Shown here: piece by piece, positions 37,701 through 48,000 of the stretch | Numbering within the stretch: the stretch's first letter is position 1 | Layout: every line of letters starts with the position of its first letter | Assembly: GCA_038110525.1 (NCBI GenBank) | Contig: JAYNJV010000001.1 | Span: 32,355 to 96,354, forward strand | Direction of reading: 5' to 3' | Length of the DNA stretch: 64,000 nucleotides | From: Candidatus Poseidoniales archaeon | Lineage (GTDB): Archaea; Thermoplasmatota; Poseidoniia; Poseidoniales; Poseidoniaceae | Notes under the pieces: model-generated | What the model was told of the DNA's origin: nothing | Database searches by the model: none | Seen by the model: only the letters and a program-made list of their open reading frames with translations | Position numbers and translations under genes: made by a program

Positions 37701-37842
37701 TGTTACGTTAGAAAAGTTGGGCATTGGTGCTGTTGATGGTGCTCCGAGCATGGCTCGAAAGTTAGGACTTCAAAAGAAGACGGCTAAAGAATACGATGTC
37801 CTCGATGCAGAATTACAAGGGAAAATTGTTGATGCATGGTGA
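34747..37842 (+). CDS. RND-superfamily (MMPL/SecDF-like) membrane transporter
   Basis: The topology is two-fold: one TM, a large loop, five TM, one TM, a large loop, five TM. The start is uncertain (ATG 34747 or ATG 34963). Confidence 0.7.
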   Translation: MFQKIHAQHWNYVGNHLKKEGLGTNGEDLSSDSPDEKLPKRGSGLQRIGEITEKSKKHFSKKGADLGRKLKKMDSKTTIDAVLEAPRRFQREWQKTGATGAITRYPIPTVLLFLLLTGYFVTQSGFLDDTRFDDDPDNPALNVNGDLEVYLPEGSKVAELIGKVEEDWSTNVMVVYIESTDRNITDQRILQEISYVEKQINPIQNDESDDVIYILSLSTVLKEVNSSAPRIREAFITESGKQLCPGGQTEDCLSADLAKQLNEAFALTDEQIGGAYEIPSQDTIDLVVNNMYEDGKPSAGLDKLARDVAGAEDGGPDGVLDRAIVAIAVTENRPAKQIIEETQALLDNISKKERPCQFNQDGSPDGGQVCTWDDLGLRMTLTGPVPITNAVTEFSFRLFWEIFPLAVVLVAIGLFVFHSDLLQSGLTGIRPIQGIKVVIIAGLPTLCAVFWTLGMIGATNYEVTMTVIIVGPILLALGVSYGLHITNRYAEEKGEKAEKMRASLSSTGRAVFLSAVTTVIGFISLVFTPMAPIQTVGIALSLGIVIVYILTIFMVPNLTLILDLRKPSHPPLKAFDVMVDIPVKRNRYVLVFFAVLIALSATIGQANVEENIDLLGMAPEGESSVVKMKQFSKEFEAGQVGMILIDAQVTGNLRDSDPANDDPYGNLEKIEGLELQLNQIENTSAVSIVFLMKASGVSIGVSSSDAAQLINNTPLPDDVKDFANALFNQNIDANTSFWDILKAPDLYGLPGDAQTQIFLLDVFYASLTDETRGIFVNSGYNRTLVYVDMPFIPVADTAKSVTLVNEAAFNFKGDHGESAEELTGVAATAIEVNELIVGSQWTSLGFAIILTLITLAVVFKDIKYSIWTTSPVIATVALQWLVMWQMDVSLSLVTVMIGSILVGVGVDFSIHIANRIKELGGGIQAIRSAAVGTGMSLFEAAMVTSLGLFTAYSIPIPEIKPFITVILILLWVAAASALILLPAIFVTLEKLGIGAVDGAPSMARKLGLQKKTAKEYDVLDAELQGKIVDAW

Positions 37843-37880
37843 TGAGCAAATCCATAGACTATGGGCTGTGAGGGTTCTTT

Positions 37881-38354
37881 ATGGGGCAATGGCTCATGAA
37901 ATCTGAACCCGATGTGTACCCATATTCAAAATTAATTGAGGATGGTTCAACACATTGGGACGGTGTTCGAAATTATCAAGCAAGAAATTTCATGAGAGAT
38001 GATATGAAGATTGGTGATTTTGTGCTCTTTTATCATTCAAATTGTAGTCCCCCACATATTGCCGGTATTGCAAAGATAGTGAAAGAAGGCTATCCTGACC
38101 ATACATCTTGGGATTCGAATAGCAAATACTTTGATGAAAAATCAACACCTAACGACCCACGTTGGATGATGGTAGATATCGCCCCTGTCCTTGAATTCAA
38201 AGAGATTCTCTCCCTTGATGAACTCAAATTAGTACCAGAATTGGAAGGCATGTTGCTTCTTCGAAAGGGACAGCGCCTATCTGTCCAACCAGTTGAAGAA
38301 CAGCATTTCAATACAATTTTAAAATTGGCAAGGGTTTCAAAAAATGACTTGTAG
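37881..38354 (+). CDS. EVE (PUA-like, DUF55/Thy28-type) domain protein
   Basis: WLMKSEPDVYPYSKL...WDGVRNYQARNFMRDDMKIGDFVLFYHS...IAGIAKIVKEGYPD...DPRWMMVDI matches the EVE-domain pattern end to end. GTGAGGGT SD lies upstream. Confidence 0.85.
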   Translation: MGQWLMKSEPDVYPYSKLIEDGSTHWDGVRNYQARNFMRDDMKIGDFVLFYHSNCSPPHIAGIAKIVKEGYPDHTSWDSNSKYFDEKSTPNDPRWMMVDIAPVLEFKEILSLDELKLVPELEGMLLLRKGQRLSVQPVEEQHFNTILKLARVSKNDL

Positions 38355-38370
38355 TTTGAATGGTGATGAT

Positions 38371-39600
38371 ATGAACCCTCCCGCTGAACCTCTTCACGGA
38401 ACCGATCGGGCGATGAAGATTGAATATGCAATTCGAGATGTGGTCGTTCCTGCAATGAAATTAGAAAGCGAAGGTCATGAAATCATCAAACTGAACATTG
38501 GTGACCCCATAGCATACCCCGGATTGCCTACGCCTCAACATATGGTTGATGCTTTCAAAGATGCTCTTGACTCGGGGAAAAATGGTTATTCACCTTCATA
38601 TGGAATCCCAGAATTGCGAAAGGCAATTGCAAATGATGAAGTATCGAAGGGTTGGTATGCTTCTGAACATGATGTCTATGTTACTCATGGGGTGACTGAG
38701 GCATTGCAAATCATTTTTGCTGCGACATTAGAACATGGAGATGAGATTTTGGCTCCAGGTCCGCATTATCCACCATACATGGCTTACCCTCAAATGTACG
38801 GTGCATCAACAGTTGAGTATCAATTGAAAAATGACGATGGATGGAAAATGGATTTCGACGATATAGAGTCAAAGATGAACAAAAATGTCAAGCTGTTTGT
38901 ACTTATCAATCCTAACAATCCATGTGGTACGGTTTGCGGACAATCAGATATTGATAAATTGCTCACCATTCTTCGAAAATATCCCCAATGCATGTTGATT
39001 GCAGATGAAATTTATGACGGACTTGATTTTTCTGGAGAACATGTATCTGCTGCGAAGTGTAGCACCGATGTTCCGGTGTTCGTTTTGAATGGAGTCTCGA
39101 AGGTATATTTCGCACCTGGATGGAGAATTGGATATATTGCTCTTCATGATCCTCAAAAAAAGTGTGATCAAATACGTGATGGCATTGAACGAATTTTGAG
39201 ATCCAGATTATGTGCCTCAACCCCTGCACAATATGGTTATCTTGCAGGTTTGGAAGGCCCCAAGGAATGGATGCAAGATTATCATTCAAAAATATTGCAC
39301 CAGCGAGATTACTGTATTGAGCGCATCAATTCAATCGAAGGTTTGGAGGTTCAACACCCAAGAGGAGCGTTCTACATGTTTGTTAAAATCGTTCATCCAA
39401 TGTGGAAAAATGATGACAAAAGATTTGTTTTGGAACTCCTCCATAAAAAGCATGTTTTACTTGTGCATGGTAGTGGGTTTTCATTCAATTTGGGAAAGGG
39501 TCATTTCCGTTTAGTGTACTTGGCAAATGTTGAAATTTTGAAACTTGCATTTGATAAAATTGAAGAATTTCTTTCATTGAATGCTCAAGATGAACGATGA
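38371..39600 (+). CDS. pyridoxal-phosphate-dependent aminotransferase, class I (alanine/aspartate aminotransferase-like)
   Basis: INPNNPCG, the PLP-lysine region NGVSKVYFAPGWRIGY and C-terminal RLVY are present. Confidence 0.85.
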   Translation: MNPPAEPLHGTDRAMKIEYAIRDVVVPAMKLESEGHEIIKLNIGDPIAYPGLPTPQHMVDAFKDALDSGKNGYSPSYGIPELRKAIANDEVSKGWYASEHDVYVTHGVTEALQIIFAATLEHGDEILAPGPHYPPYMAYPQMYGASTVEYQLKNDDGWKMDFDDIESKMNKNVKLFVLINPNNPCGTVCGQSDIDKLLTILRKYPQCMLIADEIYDGLDFSGEHVSAAKCSTDVPVFVLNGVSKVYFAPGWRIGYIALHDPQKKCDQIRDGIERILRSRLCASTPAQYGYLAGLEGPKEWMQDYHSKILHQRDYCIERINSIEGLEVQHPRGAFYMFVKIVHPMWKNDDKRFVLELLHKKHVLLVHGSGFSFNLGKGHFRLVYLANVEILKLAFDKIEEFLSLNAQDER

Positions 39601-39631
39601 ATTCAAAAAAAGCGACGAAGAAGGTGAAACG

Positions 39632-42600
39632 ATGGGTAAGCAATTCGCATTCCCTTTAGCACTTACTTCACTGTTGCTTTTTGCCCCATCGGTCTCAGCC
39701 TCGAGTATTGTAACATCATCGGAAGGAACATTTTTCAATTATTTTCCTCTCATTTTGGCCTTTTTAACTGCCATTTTTATACGAATTTGGTTCATACCCG
39801 GTCAACTTTCTAATTTGCAAGTTGCCTTTGAGGTGGATGATAATGTGTATGAGGTACACAGAATTACACACAATGCAAAAGAGGTCAAGGAATTATTCAA
39901 AGTCGATTTAGTAAATTACGGTATCATTCTTTACCTTATGGGTCTTACAGGAGTTCTCGTCTTAATTGGTGAATTGCTCTTTGATGCCGACCAGTTTTTT
40001 GAAATAAATTTGATGTTTATCGCTCTTCTTATCGCTATTCCGGTTGTGATTTCTCCTTGGGAAACACTGAATGTCCAAATCCTTGGAAGAAGACAATCAG
40101 GTTCGACAAAACCATCCTTCACGAGCACCTTCATTCGAAGAATTGTAACGATTGGTGTACTGATTGGTGCTACATTGGCTGTGCTTTTGTATGGTCAAAG
40201 CATTGAGGGCAAAATCACACCACTTTGGCTTGCTATCGGAATTTTAGCGTTCATGGCACCTACTATCTTTGCTTATGGGCGAATCATGGGTGCATCTTGG
40301 AATATGCTTCTCATTAGTAAATGGCGGACAACTAGAGGCAAACCAAACCCAATTGACCCAGATAAAAATGGATTTGTTGGTCGATTATTTTCATTCCTCC
40401 TGGTTTTGTTCTTGATCACCATGCCGGTAACAGCACTTAATGGAATTGTGACAGTAGCCCATGTTCTCATCAATAAACCCGTAAATCAGGAAGAAGTACT
40501 CAATTACGGAGGAATCATTGGCCATGCCTTGTATTCGAACATTGATGAAATTTCAGAAATATTAGGGCAACTTGAAATTATTAAGAAACTGCCTGAAGTC
40601 TTGTCATTGTACCTAACTCTTAACATCGCAATTGTTGGCCTTGCGTTTATTTTTGAATTAACGCGTAACTTGGTTCTTGGAGGACAAACCTTTGGTGGTC
40701 TTTTTGGGGTCACTTTGGACACACCCCGTGAAATTCGAAGTGAGAAAAGTGCTCAAGCACGACAATTGACTTTCGCATTTGCTGGGTTTTCGGGATATAC
40801 TGTCTTATTGCTCATTTTGGTTTGTTACAAAGAGTTTGGGGATTTGATGCCAATGACTGATGTGCTTGAAGATCAGGGTTTTGATGAAGGCATGAGATTA
40901 CTCACCACTTGGATGTTTATAGCGGTCGGCCAAGTTATTTTCTTATTGGCTTGGGTTTTATCGATAGCTAAATTCACTTCACTTTCAAAAATATCCTTTG
41001 ATTTGGACCCCGAAACCCGTCGAGAAGGTGCAGTGAAGTTGGCAGGGGGAGACTGGTTAAGAGACCTTATTGAAGACGCTGCAGGTCAAGAAGATATTGA
41101 CATGTTGATTCGCATCCAAGAGCATGAATTTGCGGGAGACCCTTCACTCATTCGACAAGAAAAAATTCGAGCCTCGATGTGGGAAAAAGCTCTGCGGGGA
41201 TTATGGCCGCAAGCAATTGAAGAAGGGAGAAAAGTGCTGGCACAGGCCGGTGGGGATGATGACCCCGCTCGAATGGTCATCGCCACTGGATATCTTGCAC
41301 TTCGGAGGCTTGACGCAGCAAAAGAAGCGCTCAACGGTTTAGAACAAGATGAAGGATACGATGAACCTGAATTGCTATCGTTTGTTGCAGAATGGCTTGA
41401 CCCATGGCAAGGGAATGTTTCTGAAGATGATTTGTGGGATTGGGAGAACAATCCAATTATTGAGAACCTTCAAGATACATTGGAGATGTTGTCGGATTGG
41501 AGTCCAGTACCTTCCGAGATGAGACTTTCGAAGAATAGAATTACACTGATATCACAATTATCCATGGTTGGCTTGCTCAGGGCTCAACGCAGATATGATG
41601 AAGCCCTCGATCTAGCGTACAGTCTTGTTCGACAAAGTCCCACAGGTGTACGTCCACGAATTGCTGTAGCTCTTTGTTTGGTCGATATTGGTGAATGGCA
41701 TGATGCGAGGGAAATTCTTGACGAATTAATCGAAAGCGACCCTAATGACCCGCGTGTTCTTGCACTTTCAGCAATTTTCGGTTATGGTCAAAAGGGTAGG
41801 AAAGAACTTGAAGTATCAATCGTATTAGACAAAGGCAAACAACTCAAGCGATGGATAGATTTGGCTCCTACAAATGCCTTTGCTGGAATTCAATTGAAAG
41901 GGGGAATGGATGAAGCACTGACTGCCAACGTACTTATTGCTGCCCACGAATCAGTAAAACAGGGAATGCCTTCTAGATATTCAAGTGGAATATTTTCGTA
42001 CTTGTTCGTGTATGGTATGTTCTTTCCTCTTCTCATCGCTGGGTCCATTTTTTACAGCGGTATCACCACGCCAACCGAAGGGGCAGTTGCTTTCCTGATA
42101 GGATTTTCATTTTTCATCTTTCATCGAAGATTCAAAACCCAACAAGAACATATTATCCAGCATAGAGACCAAGCATTGATGATGAAGTATGCTAAGCGTA
42201 TGAAGCGGTTCAAGGTAAAACCTCAAGAGGAAAATATACCCATTGGTACCCATCTCCTTCTGTCTGGAATTCTTCTTACTGTTAACGGAGTTGTCCTCGA
42301 CATTGGATTTCCTGCTTGGATGATTCATCGATGCACCTTGGATAGCGACAAAGTTGTGCGGTCTCGACTCAAAAAACGTGCGATTAAAATGGTGAATGCA
42401 AGGCCTCCCCGCTTCCAAATCCTTGGAAAGGCTTGGTGGTTGAAAAGGCCGCGTGAGAATGAGGAAGATACGACTGTCCTTCAAAGAAATCTTGGCAATG
42501 TAGCGTACCGAGGGCGGCCTCAATACATGCAAAGAAAATTACCTGCAAGTTTGAATTCGCTCGCAAAAAGTGGAAAAGTCGAAGTGAAAGAAAGATTCAT

Positions 42601-42652
42601 TCCGAGAAATACCATCCGAAGCGAAAAGAATGTTCAACGTCTCACTGATTAA
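39632..42652 (+). CDS. large polytopic membrane protein with a central TPR-like soluble domain
   Basis: Signal-like N-terminus MGKQFAFPLALTSLLLFAPSVSASS. About 10 TM helices are followed by a ~300-aa helical-repeat region (ALRRLDAAKEAL..., YDEALDLAYSLV..., WHDAREILDELIESDPNDPRVL), then more TM helices and a basic tail. AAGGTGA SD lies upstream. Confidence 0.65.
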   Translation: MGKQFAFPLALTSLLLFAPSVSASSIVTSSEGTFFNYFPLILAFLTAIFIRIWFIPGQLSNLQVAFEVDDNVYEVHRITHNAKEVKELFKVDLVNYGIILYLMGLTGVLVLIGELLFDADQFFEINLMFIALLIAIPVVISPWETLNVQILGRRQSGSTKPSFTSTFIRRIVTIGVLIGATLAVLLYGQSIEGKITPLWLAIGILAFMAPTIFAYGRIMGASWNMLLISKWRTTRGKPNPIDPDKNGFVGRLFSFLLVLFLITMPVTALNGIVTVAHVLINKPVNQEEVLNYGGIIGHALYSNIDEISEILGQLEIIKKLPEVLSLYLTLNIAIVGLAFIFELTRNLVLGGQTFGGLFGVTLDTPREIRSEKSAQARQLTFAFAGFSGYTVLLLILVCYKEFGDLMPMTDVLEDQGFDEGMRLLTTWMFIAVGQVIFLLAWVLSIAKFTSLSKISFDLDPETRREGAVKLAGGDWLRDLIEDAAGQEDIDMLIRIQEHEFAGDPSLIRQEKIRASMWEKALRGLWPQAIEEGRKVLAQAGGDDDPARMVIATGYLALRRLDAAKEALNGLEQDEGYDEPELLSFVAEWLDPWQGNVSEDDLWDWENNPIIENLQDTLEMLSDWSPVPSEMRLSKNRITLISQLSMVGLLRAQRRYDEALDLAYSLVRQSPTGVRPRIAVALCLVDIGEWHDAREILDELIESDPNDPRVLALSAIFGYGQKGRKELEVSIVLDKGKQLKRWIDLAPTNAFAGIQLKGGMDEALTANVLIAAHESVKQGMPSRYSSGIFSYLFVYGMFFPLLIAGSIFYSGITTPTEGAVAFLIGFSFFIFHRRFKTQQEHIIQHRDQALMMKYAKRMKRFKVKPQEENIPIGTHLLLSGILLTVNGVVLDIGFPAWMIHRCTLDSDKVVRSRLKKRAIKMVNARPPRFQILGKAWWLKRPRENEEDTTVLQRNLGNVAYRGRPQYMQRKLPASLNSLAKSGKVEVKERFIPRNTIRSEKNVQRLTD

Positions 42653-42702
42653 TCAAACAAATCGAACAATCAATTCATGAACCTATTTTCTTCTCATAGT
42701 TT

Positions 42703-44013
42703 ATGACTCAAATTCCGGGGGCATGGAAACCAAGCCGTCAATTTTTAGAATATGCAGATAAAGTATTGAAAGCGACTCATGATAATGGTTCTCTCTATCG
42801 CTTCGGACTACCAATGATCGCTTCTGAAAATATCATTTCTCCCCGAGTTGCCGAAGTTGTAAACAGTGATTTGCATGGGCGTTATGCTGAAGGTTTGCCA
42901 GGAAAACGATATTACCAAGGTTGCACGGATTTTGACACAATTGAATCCATTGGCATACAATTGGCTCAGGAAATTTTTGATGCCCCATTCGCAAATATCC
43001 AATCTACCTCCGGAACAGTAAGTAATATTGGGGCACTCAAAGCACTCGCCCCATCTGGTGGAAAAATAACAGCCGTATCAACTGCGGATGGGGGCCATAT
43101 ATCGCATGCAAGAATGGGAGCAGTTGGTCTTCGTAATCTGGATTTGACCACATATCCTTGGGACGAAGAACGAATGGAGCCGGATGTTGATGCTTCATGC
43201 AAAATGATTCGAGAGGTTCAGCCGCACTGTGCACTTTTTGGTCAGTCTGTTTTCCTATTTCCTACTCCGATGAAAGAAATGGCAGATGCTGCTAAAGAAT
43301 CCGGAGCTAACGTGATGTACGATGGTGCACACGTTTTGGGACTCATTGCTGGAGGGCAATTTCAGGACCCACTTAGAGAAGGGGCTGATGTCATGACCGG
43401 TTCAAGTCACAAAACATTTCCCGGCCCTCAGGGTGGATTTTTGCTTTCCTCTTCGGAGGATGAAAGTTTTCAACGGAAACTGAATAATGCAATGTTCCCA
43501 GGGGTTTGTTCATCCTACCACTTACACCATGTTGCAGGGAAAGTTGTTGCTCTCGCTGAATTCAAAGAGTATGGGGTGGCTTATGCTAAGGATACCGTTG
43601 CAAATGCAAAGGCTCTTGCGTCTGCATTGAGTGCTGAAGGTTTTGATGTACTTGCAGAATCGCGAGGATTCACGGCTTCACATCAAATCGTTACCCGTCA
43701 CGGAGAATTGGATTCAGGTGCTGGTGCAAAAGCTGCAGATGTACTTGAAAAAGCGGGAATCATCACCAACATGAATATGTTGCCGGGAGACACGAAGGCA
43801 TTGTCTCCTTCAGGACTACGCTTAGGTGTTCAAGAATTGACTCGGGTAGGTATGTCAACCGATGAGATGCAAGATATTGCAAAATTGTATCGGCGTGTAT
43901 TGATAGACGGGGAAGATCCATCACAAGTTCGACATGCCGTTCATCAGCTGAAATCTGAATTTCAAACGGTAAGGTACTGCTTCAATGAACAAGAAATTTC
44001 TGGATATCCATGA
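42703..44013 (+). CDS. glyA: serine hydroxymethyltransferase
   Basis: LPMIASENIISP, RYYQGC and the PLP-lysine motif TGSSHKTFPGPQGG are present. Confidence 0.92.
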   Translation: MTQIPGAWKPSRQFLEYADKVLKATHDNGSLYRFGLPMIASENIISPRVAEVVNSDLHGRYAEGLPGKRYYQGCTDFDTIESIGIQLAQEIFDAPFANIQSTSGTVSNIGALKALAPSGGKITAVSTADGGHISHARMGAVGLRNLDLTTYPWDEERMEPDVDASCKMIREVQPHCALFGQSVFLFPTPMKEMADAAKESGANVMYDGAHVLGLIAGGQFQDPLREGADVMTGSSHKTFPGPQGGFLLSSSEDESFQRKLNNAMFPGVCSSYHLHHVAGKVVALAEFKEYGVAYAKDTVANAKALASALSAEGFDVLAESRGFTASHQIVTRHGELDSGAGAKAADVLEKAGIITNMNMLPGDTKALSPSGLRLGVQELTRVGMSTDEMQDIAKLYRRVLIDGEDPSQVRHAVHQLKSEFQTVRYCFNEQEISGYP

Positions 44014-44019
44014 ACCAAA

Positions 44020-45033
44020 GTGATATTTGTGACGGCATCGATTGAAGGTATCACGCACAGTGAGAATGGTACAATTTGTGACGGAGGGAACGTCCAATTT
44101 CTCGTGTTTGGTGTTCACGAATTTCAAACTTGGTTCAACCATCTCGACACATTCGCTGTAGGTCCAATTCATAGAAAATTGCTGTATGCTGCCACAGATT
44201 CGCTTGAAGGATTGGGCTATTTTGGACTTGTAAAACCGGGTCTTTTCAATCGAATGAAGAAATTCACACTATTAGTTCAAGAGCAATGGAAAAAATTCGG
44301 TTGGGGCGTGTATTTTCCGAGGGAAAAACTCATTCAGGCGAGTGTACAAAATGAACTCACCGTAGGTTTTGCATTAGCCCTTGCTGAATTTTTTGAAGGA
44401 AAGAGATTGAAATTTGAATCAAATCAACTGACTGACCAAACACTTCAACTCTCGTTCCAACCATCTGGAAAACCAATGACTCCAGTTTCAAAGATTCATT
44501 CATTCGATTGGGATTTCGAATTGGAACCACCCGTTCTTGTTGACACCGTTTTTGAGGTTGATGAAAGGAGCACTGGCTGGTATCTTGAAGAACATCGGAG
44601 TTTTCTTTTGCCTCGAGAAACGATGGCTCATTTTTTCTATGGATTGCTTCCTGTCGAATTCCAAACAAAACACCGTAAAAATGAGTTATTGGAGGTTCAA
44701 GGCGTTCAAGATCAACAAATTCATGTGATTCGAAGTGTGCTTCTTGCAAGTTCCATTGCGGAACAAGAATCCAAGGAACCGAGTTTTGTCCAAACTCAAG
44801 ATGATTGGAGCAACATACTAAATCAAACCATTTCAAATCGAGGATTTGGAACATTTCAGATTTTGAATTTCGATTTTCAAATGCGTTGTGTATCTATAAT
44901 GATAATCAGTGGCAATATACCCTACATCGTAGGAAAAGTATGGTCGAAATGGGATAAAGCAACTGGTTCATCTTCAAAATGTGTTCTTATTGTTGAAAAA
45001 TCGGGTATTTTGGTTCATTTTTCACCTCCTTAG
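44020..45033 (+). CDS. hypothetical protein
   Basis: 337-aa ORF with a GTG start 6 nt after glyA, longer than the antisense alternative. No motif recognised. Confidence 0.45.
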   Translation: MIFVTASIEGITHSENGTICDGGNVQFLVFGVHEFQTWFNHLDTFAVGPIHRKLLYAATDSLEGLGYFGLVKPGLFNRMKKFTLLVQEQWKKFGWGVYFPREKLIQASVQNELTVGFALALAEFFEGKRLKFESNQLTDQTLQLSFQPSGKPMTPVSKIHSFDWDFELEPPVLVDTVFEVDERSTGWYLEEHRSFLLPRETMAHFFYGLLPVEFQTKHRKNELLEVQGVQDQQIHVIRSVLLASSIAEQESKEPSFVQTQDDWSNILNQTISNRGFGTFQILNFDFQMRCVSIMIISGNIPYIVGKVWSKWDKATGSSSKCVLIVEKSGILVHFSPP

Positions 45034-45099
45034 TGGGCATCGAAGCACATTTTGGTCTTTGTCACACCTGCTCAGAGGGGGTGAAGTTCTATAACCGAT

Positions 45100-48000
45100 A
45101 TGAGTAGTCGGAGTGATTGCACAGATGCGCGGGGTATGTCAATGAGTTTAAGTCCTAATCAAATGGCGTATATCTCAATAGTTTCAACTTTGATTTTTGG
45201 TTCACTCTTCGTGGGCGTTTCAGGGTTTTATCAAACCAATGAAGGACTTGGTGGTTTTGACAGTGCCCTCGAAGAAAATATTCAGGGGCAAGGAGAAGAT
45301 TATTACGATTCACCTGACACTGATGGCGATGGACTTTCAGATAAACTTGAAGAAACCCAATACGGTACAGACCCCATGAATCCTGATACAGATAACGATG
45401 GTATGAGCGATGGTTGGGAGGTTGCTCATGGGCTCAATCCATTGGACAACGGAGAATCCCAAGATTTGGAAAATGACCCAACAAGTGATACAGAAACTGA
45501 TGACGCAAAGGTCGAGAATGAAACTGATTCATGGCCAGACCCTAATCAAGGGCCAAATGGGGATCCTGACAGAGACGGACTCACAAATAAAGTCGAAGAA
45601 GAACTTGGCACCGACCCTCAGCGTGCAGATACAGATAACGATGGACTCAATGATAAATGGGAATCACTTTACACTATGGTTGTCCAAACTCCGGGTGGCG
45701 ACATTACCCTCTTTAATCCACTCAATGGAAACTGGGATTGTATCCTGCTTGATTCCGCAATGCGAGAAGCATTGATGCAAAAGTATGATGGTCAAGATGG
45801 TGCGTTGAATTGGATGGACTTAGCAACAAATAATCGACATTCATGTGACATGGTTCTTGACTCCGACAACGACGGACTTGCCAACTTTGAAGAAGAAATG
45901 TATGGGACAAACCCAACTGCCCGAGATTCCGACATGGATCTTATCGATGATATCGTTGAAGTTGCAAATTCCACCATCCTCCTCAAGAAAGGTTTGGGAG
46001 AACAATGCAATAGGGGTCTTGTTGAATTTATTGAGACCACTGGTCCATTTTACGGATTCGACACATCTTGGTTTAGACAAGATATGGATGGAGATGGTAA
46101 GTTAAATGGCCCATCCGATTGGGATACTGACGGCGATGGAATGCCCGATGGCTTTGAATTCTGTTATTCAAAATCGAACCTTGCACCAAACAAAGATTCC
46201 TCAAAAACGCTTGACCCTGCAAATTCATCTGATGGATACAATGACTGGGATGAAGATGGACTCAACAATGTCGAAGAGTACATGGTGGCTCAGATTTTCG
46301 GAGAAGATAATTTCACATCTCCATGGCGTATGGATACCGATGAAGACGATATGCCTGACCAGTGGGAAGCTGCTAATGGTTTACACCCAAGGGACAGCAG
46401 CAATTTTGACAAAGACCCCGACATGGATGGGTGGGACACAGATGGTGATGGAGCTGTCCGATATGATACGCTTGAATTGACGGCTGTAGTGTACAGTGTT
46501 GATGTTATCTTAGGTCAAGAAGTCCTTGCTAATCAAACGGTTGCGAGGGCCCGAATAACTCTCGGGGGTGGCAATCAACAAATCATCCCATTGTTATCGC
46601 CAGTTGATGGTTATGTGTATGATATCAATGTCATGAACGGCGATACTGTCGAATCTCGTTTGTTCACATGGATGACCATCGTCGAAGAGCATGAGCGATT
46701 CACCAATCTCATGGAATACCAAGCACGTGACCGTGATGGTGATGGTATCCTTGATGGCAGAAGCACCAACCCTCTTGTTGCAGATACCGATGGTGACGGT
46801 CTCATCGATGGTATTGAAGTTCTTGGCTGGGAAATTCTTGTGATTAACCGGGGCGTTCAGGAGACTTGGGTGACTTCTGATCCTGGTCTCTATGATACCG
46901 ACATGGATGGACTCTCAGATTACGAGGAATTTTCATCAACATGTGATGGTGGCTCAAATGCATCGAATCCTGATACAGATTCAGACGGATTAACTGACCT
47001 CCAAGAAGCAGGTGATAATTTCCAGTGGGAGGGCGTTCCATACTCGACAAGCCCATGCATGTTTGACACTGACAATGATGGTCTCGAAGATGGTGAAGAA
47101 GTGATCGCTGGCGAAGATAATTTCTTAACACACGCAAACAAATCAGATACGGATGATGATGGTCTTGTCGATGGTCAAGAAGTTCTCTATGTACCAAGAC
47201 CTTTCCAGAATCCAACAAACCCACTCATCAATGATACAGATGCAGATGGTATGTTGGATGGCTGGGAGATGCAAGTAAAATCTGCTGAAGATAATACAAA
47301 TTCACACAGTCTTTGGGTAACGACATCAACATGGCTACGTCCAGGTTGTGAAGTTTCTCAAACTTCTTCATGCACAATGGAGCCAGGCGGCTATGTTTGG
47401 CAAAATTGGCTTGGCGGTTTCGTTCTCGAACCAAAATTCCAAGTAAGCGAAATGAATTTGACAGGTTTCTCAATGCCAAGCAATCAAAAATGTGATGGCT
47501 GTAATGGGCGTTGGGCACTTGACCCCTCGTTAGGCTCGCTTCCCGATGATGTTTTTGATGTTGATAATGATACCTTACTCAACAGTGCTGAAGCACCTGA
47601 CAGATGGAACACAAATCCGGTGGATGACGATACAGACGGAGACTTACTCCCTGATGGATGGGAAGTCTCTTACTCCGAATTAGCGTTTGATTTGGGCTTG
47701 GTTGACAATCAATCTCTAAGTGCTAATGGAGCCCGTGGTGTGATGGACCCCGCTATGAAAGATAGTGACTTAGACGGAATTAATGATGGTGAAGAGGACC
47801 CCGACCATGATGGATTGAATCGTACAGGACTCATCAAGAAATATTGTCCAGGTTACAATGATACTTCAAACTCAGAATGTAATATCGATCCAGACACACC
47901 AGATGGACAACGGTTCTATAACAACCTTGAAAATTATACCAATTTTGAAGAAATGCAAAATGGAACAAATCCTGTTCGGAATGATACAGATGGTGACGAG

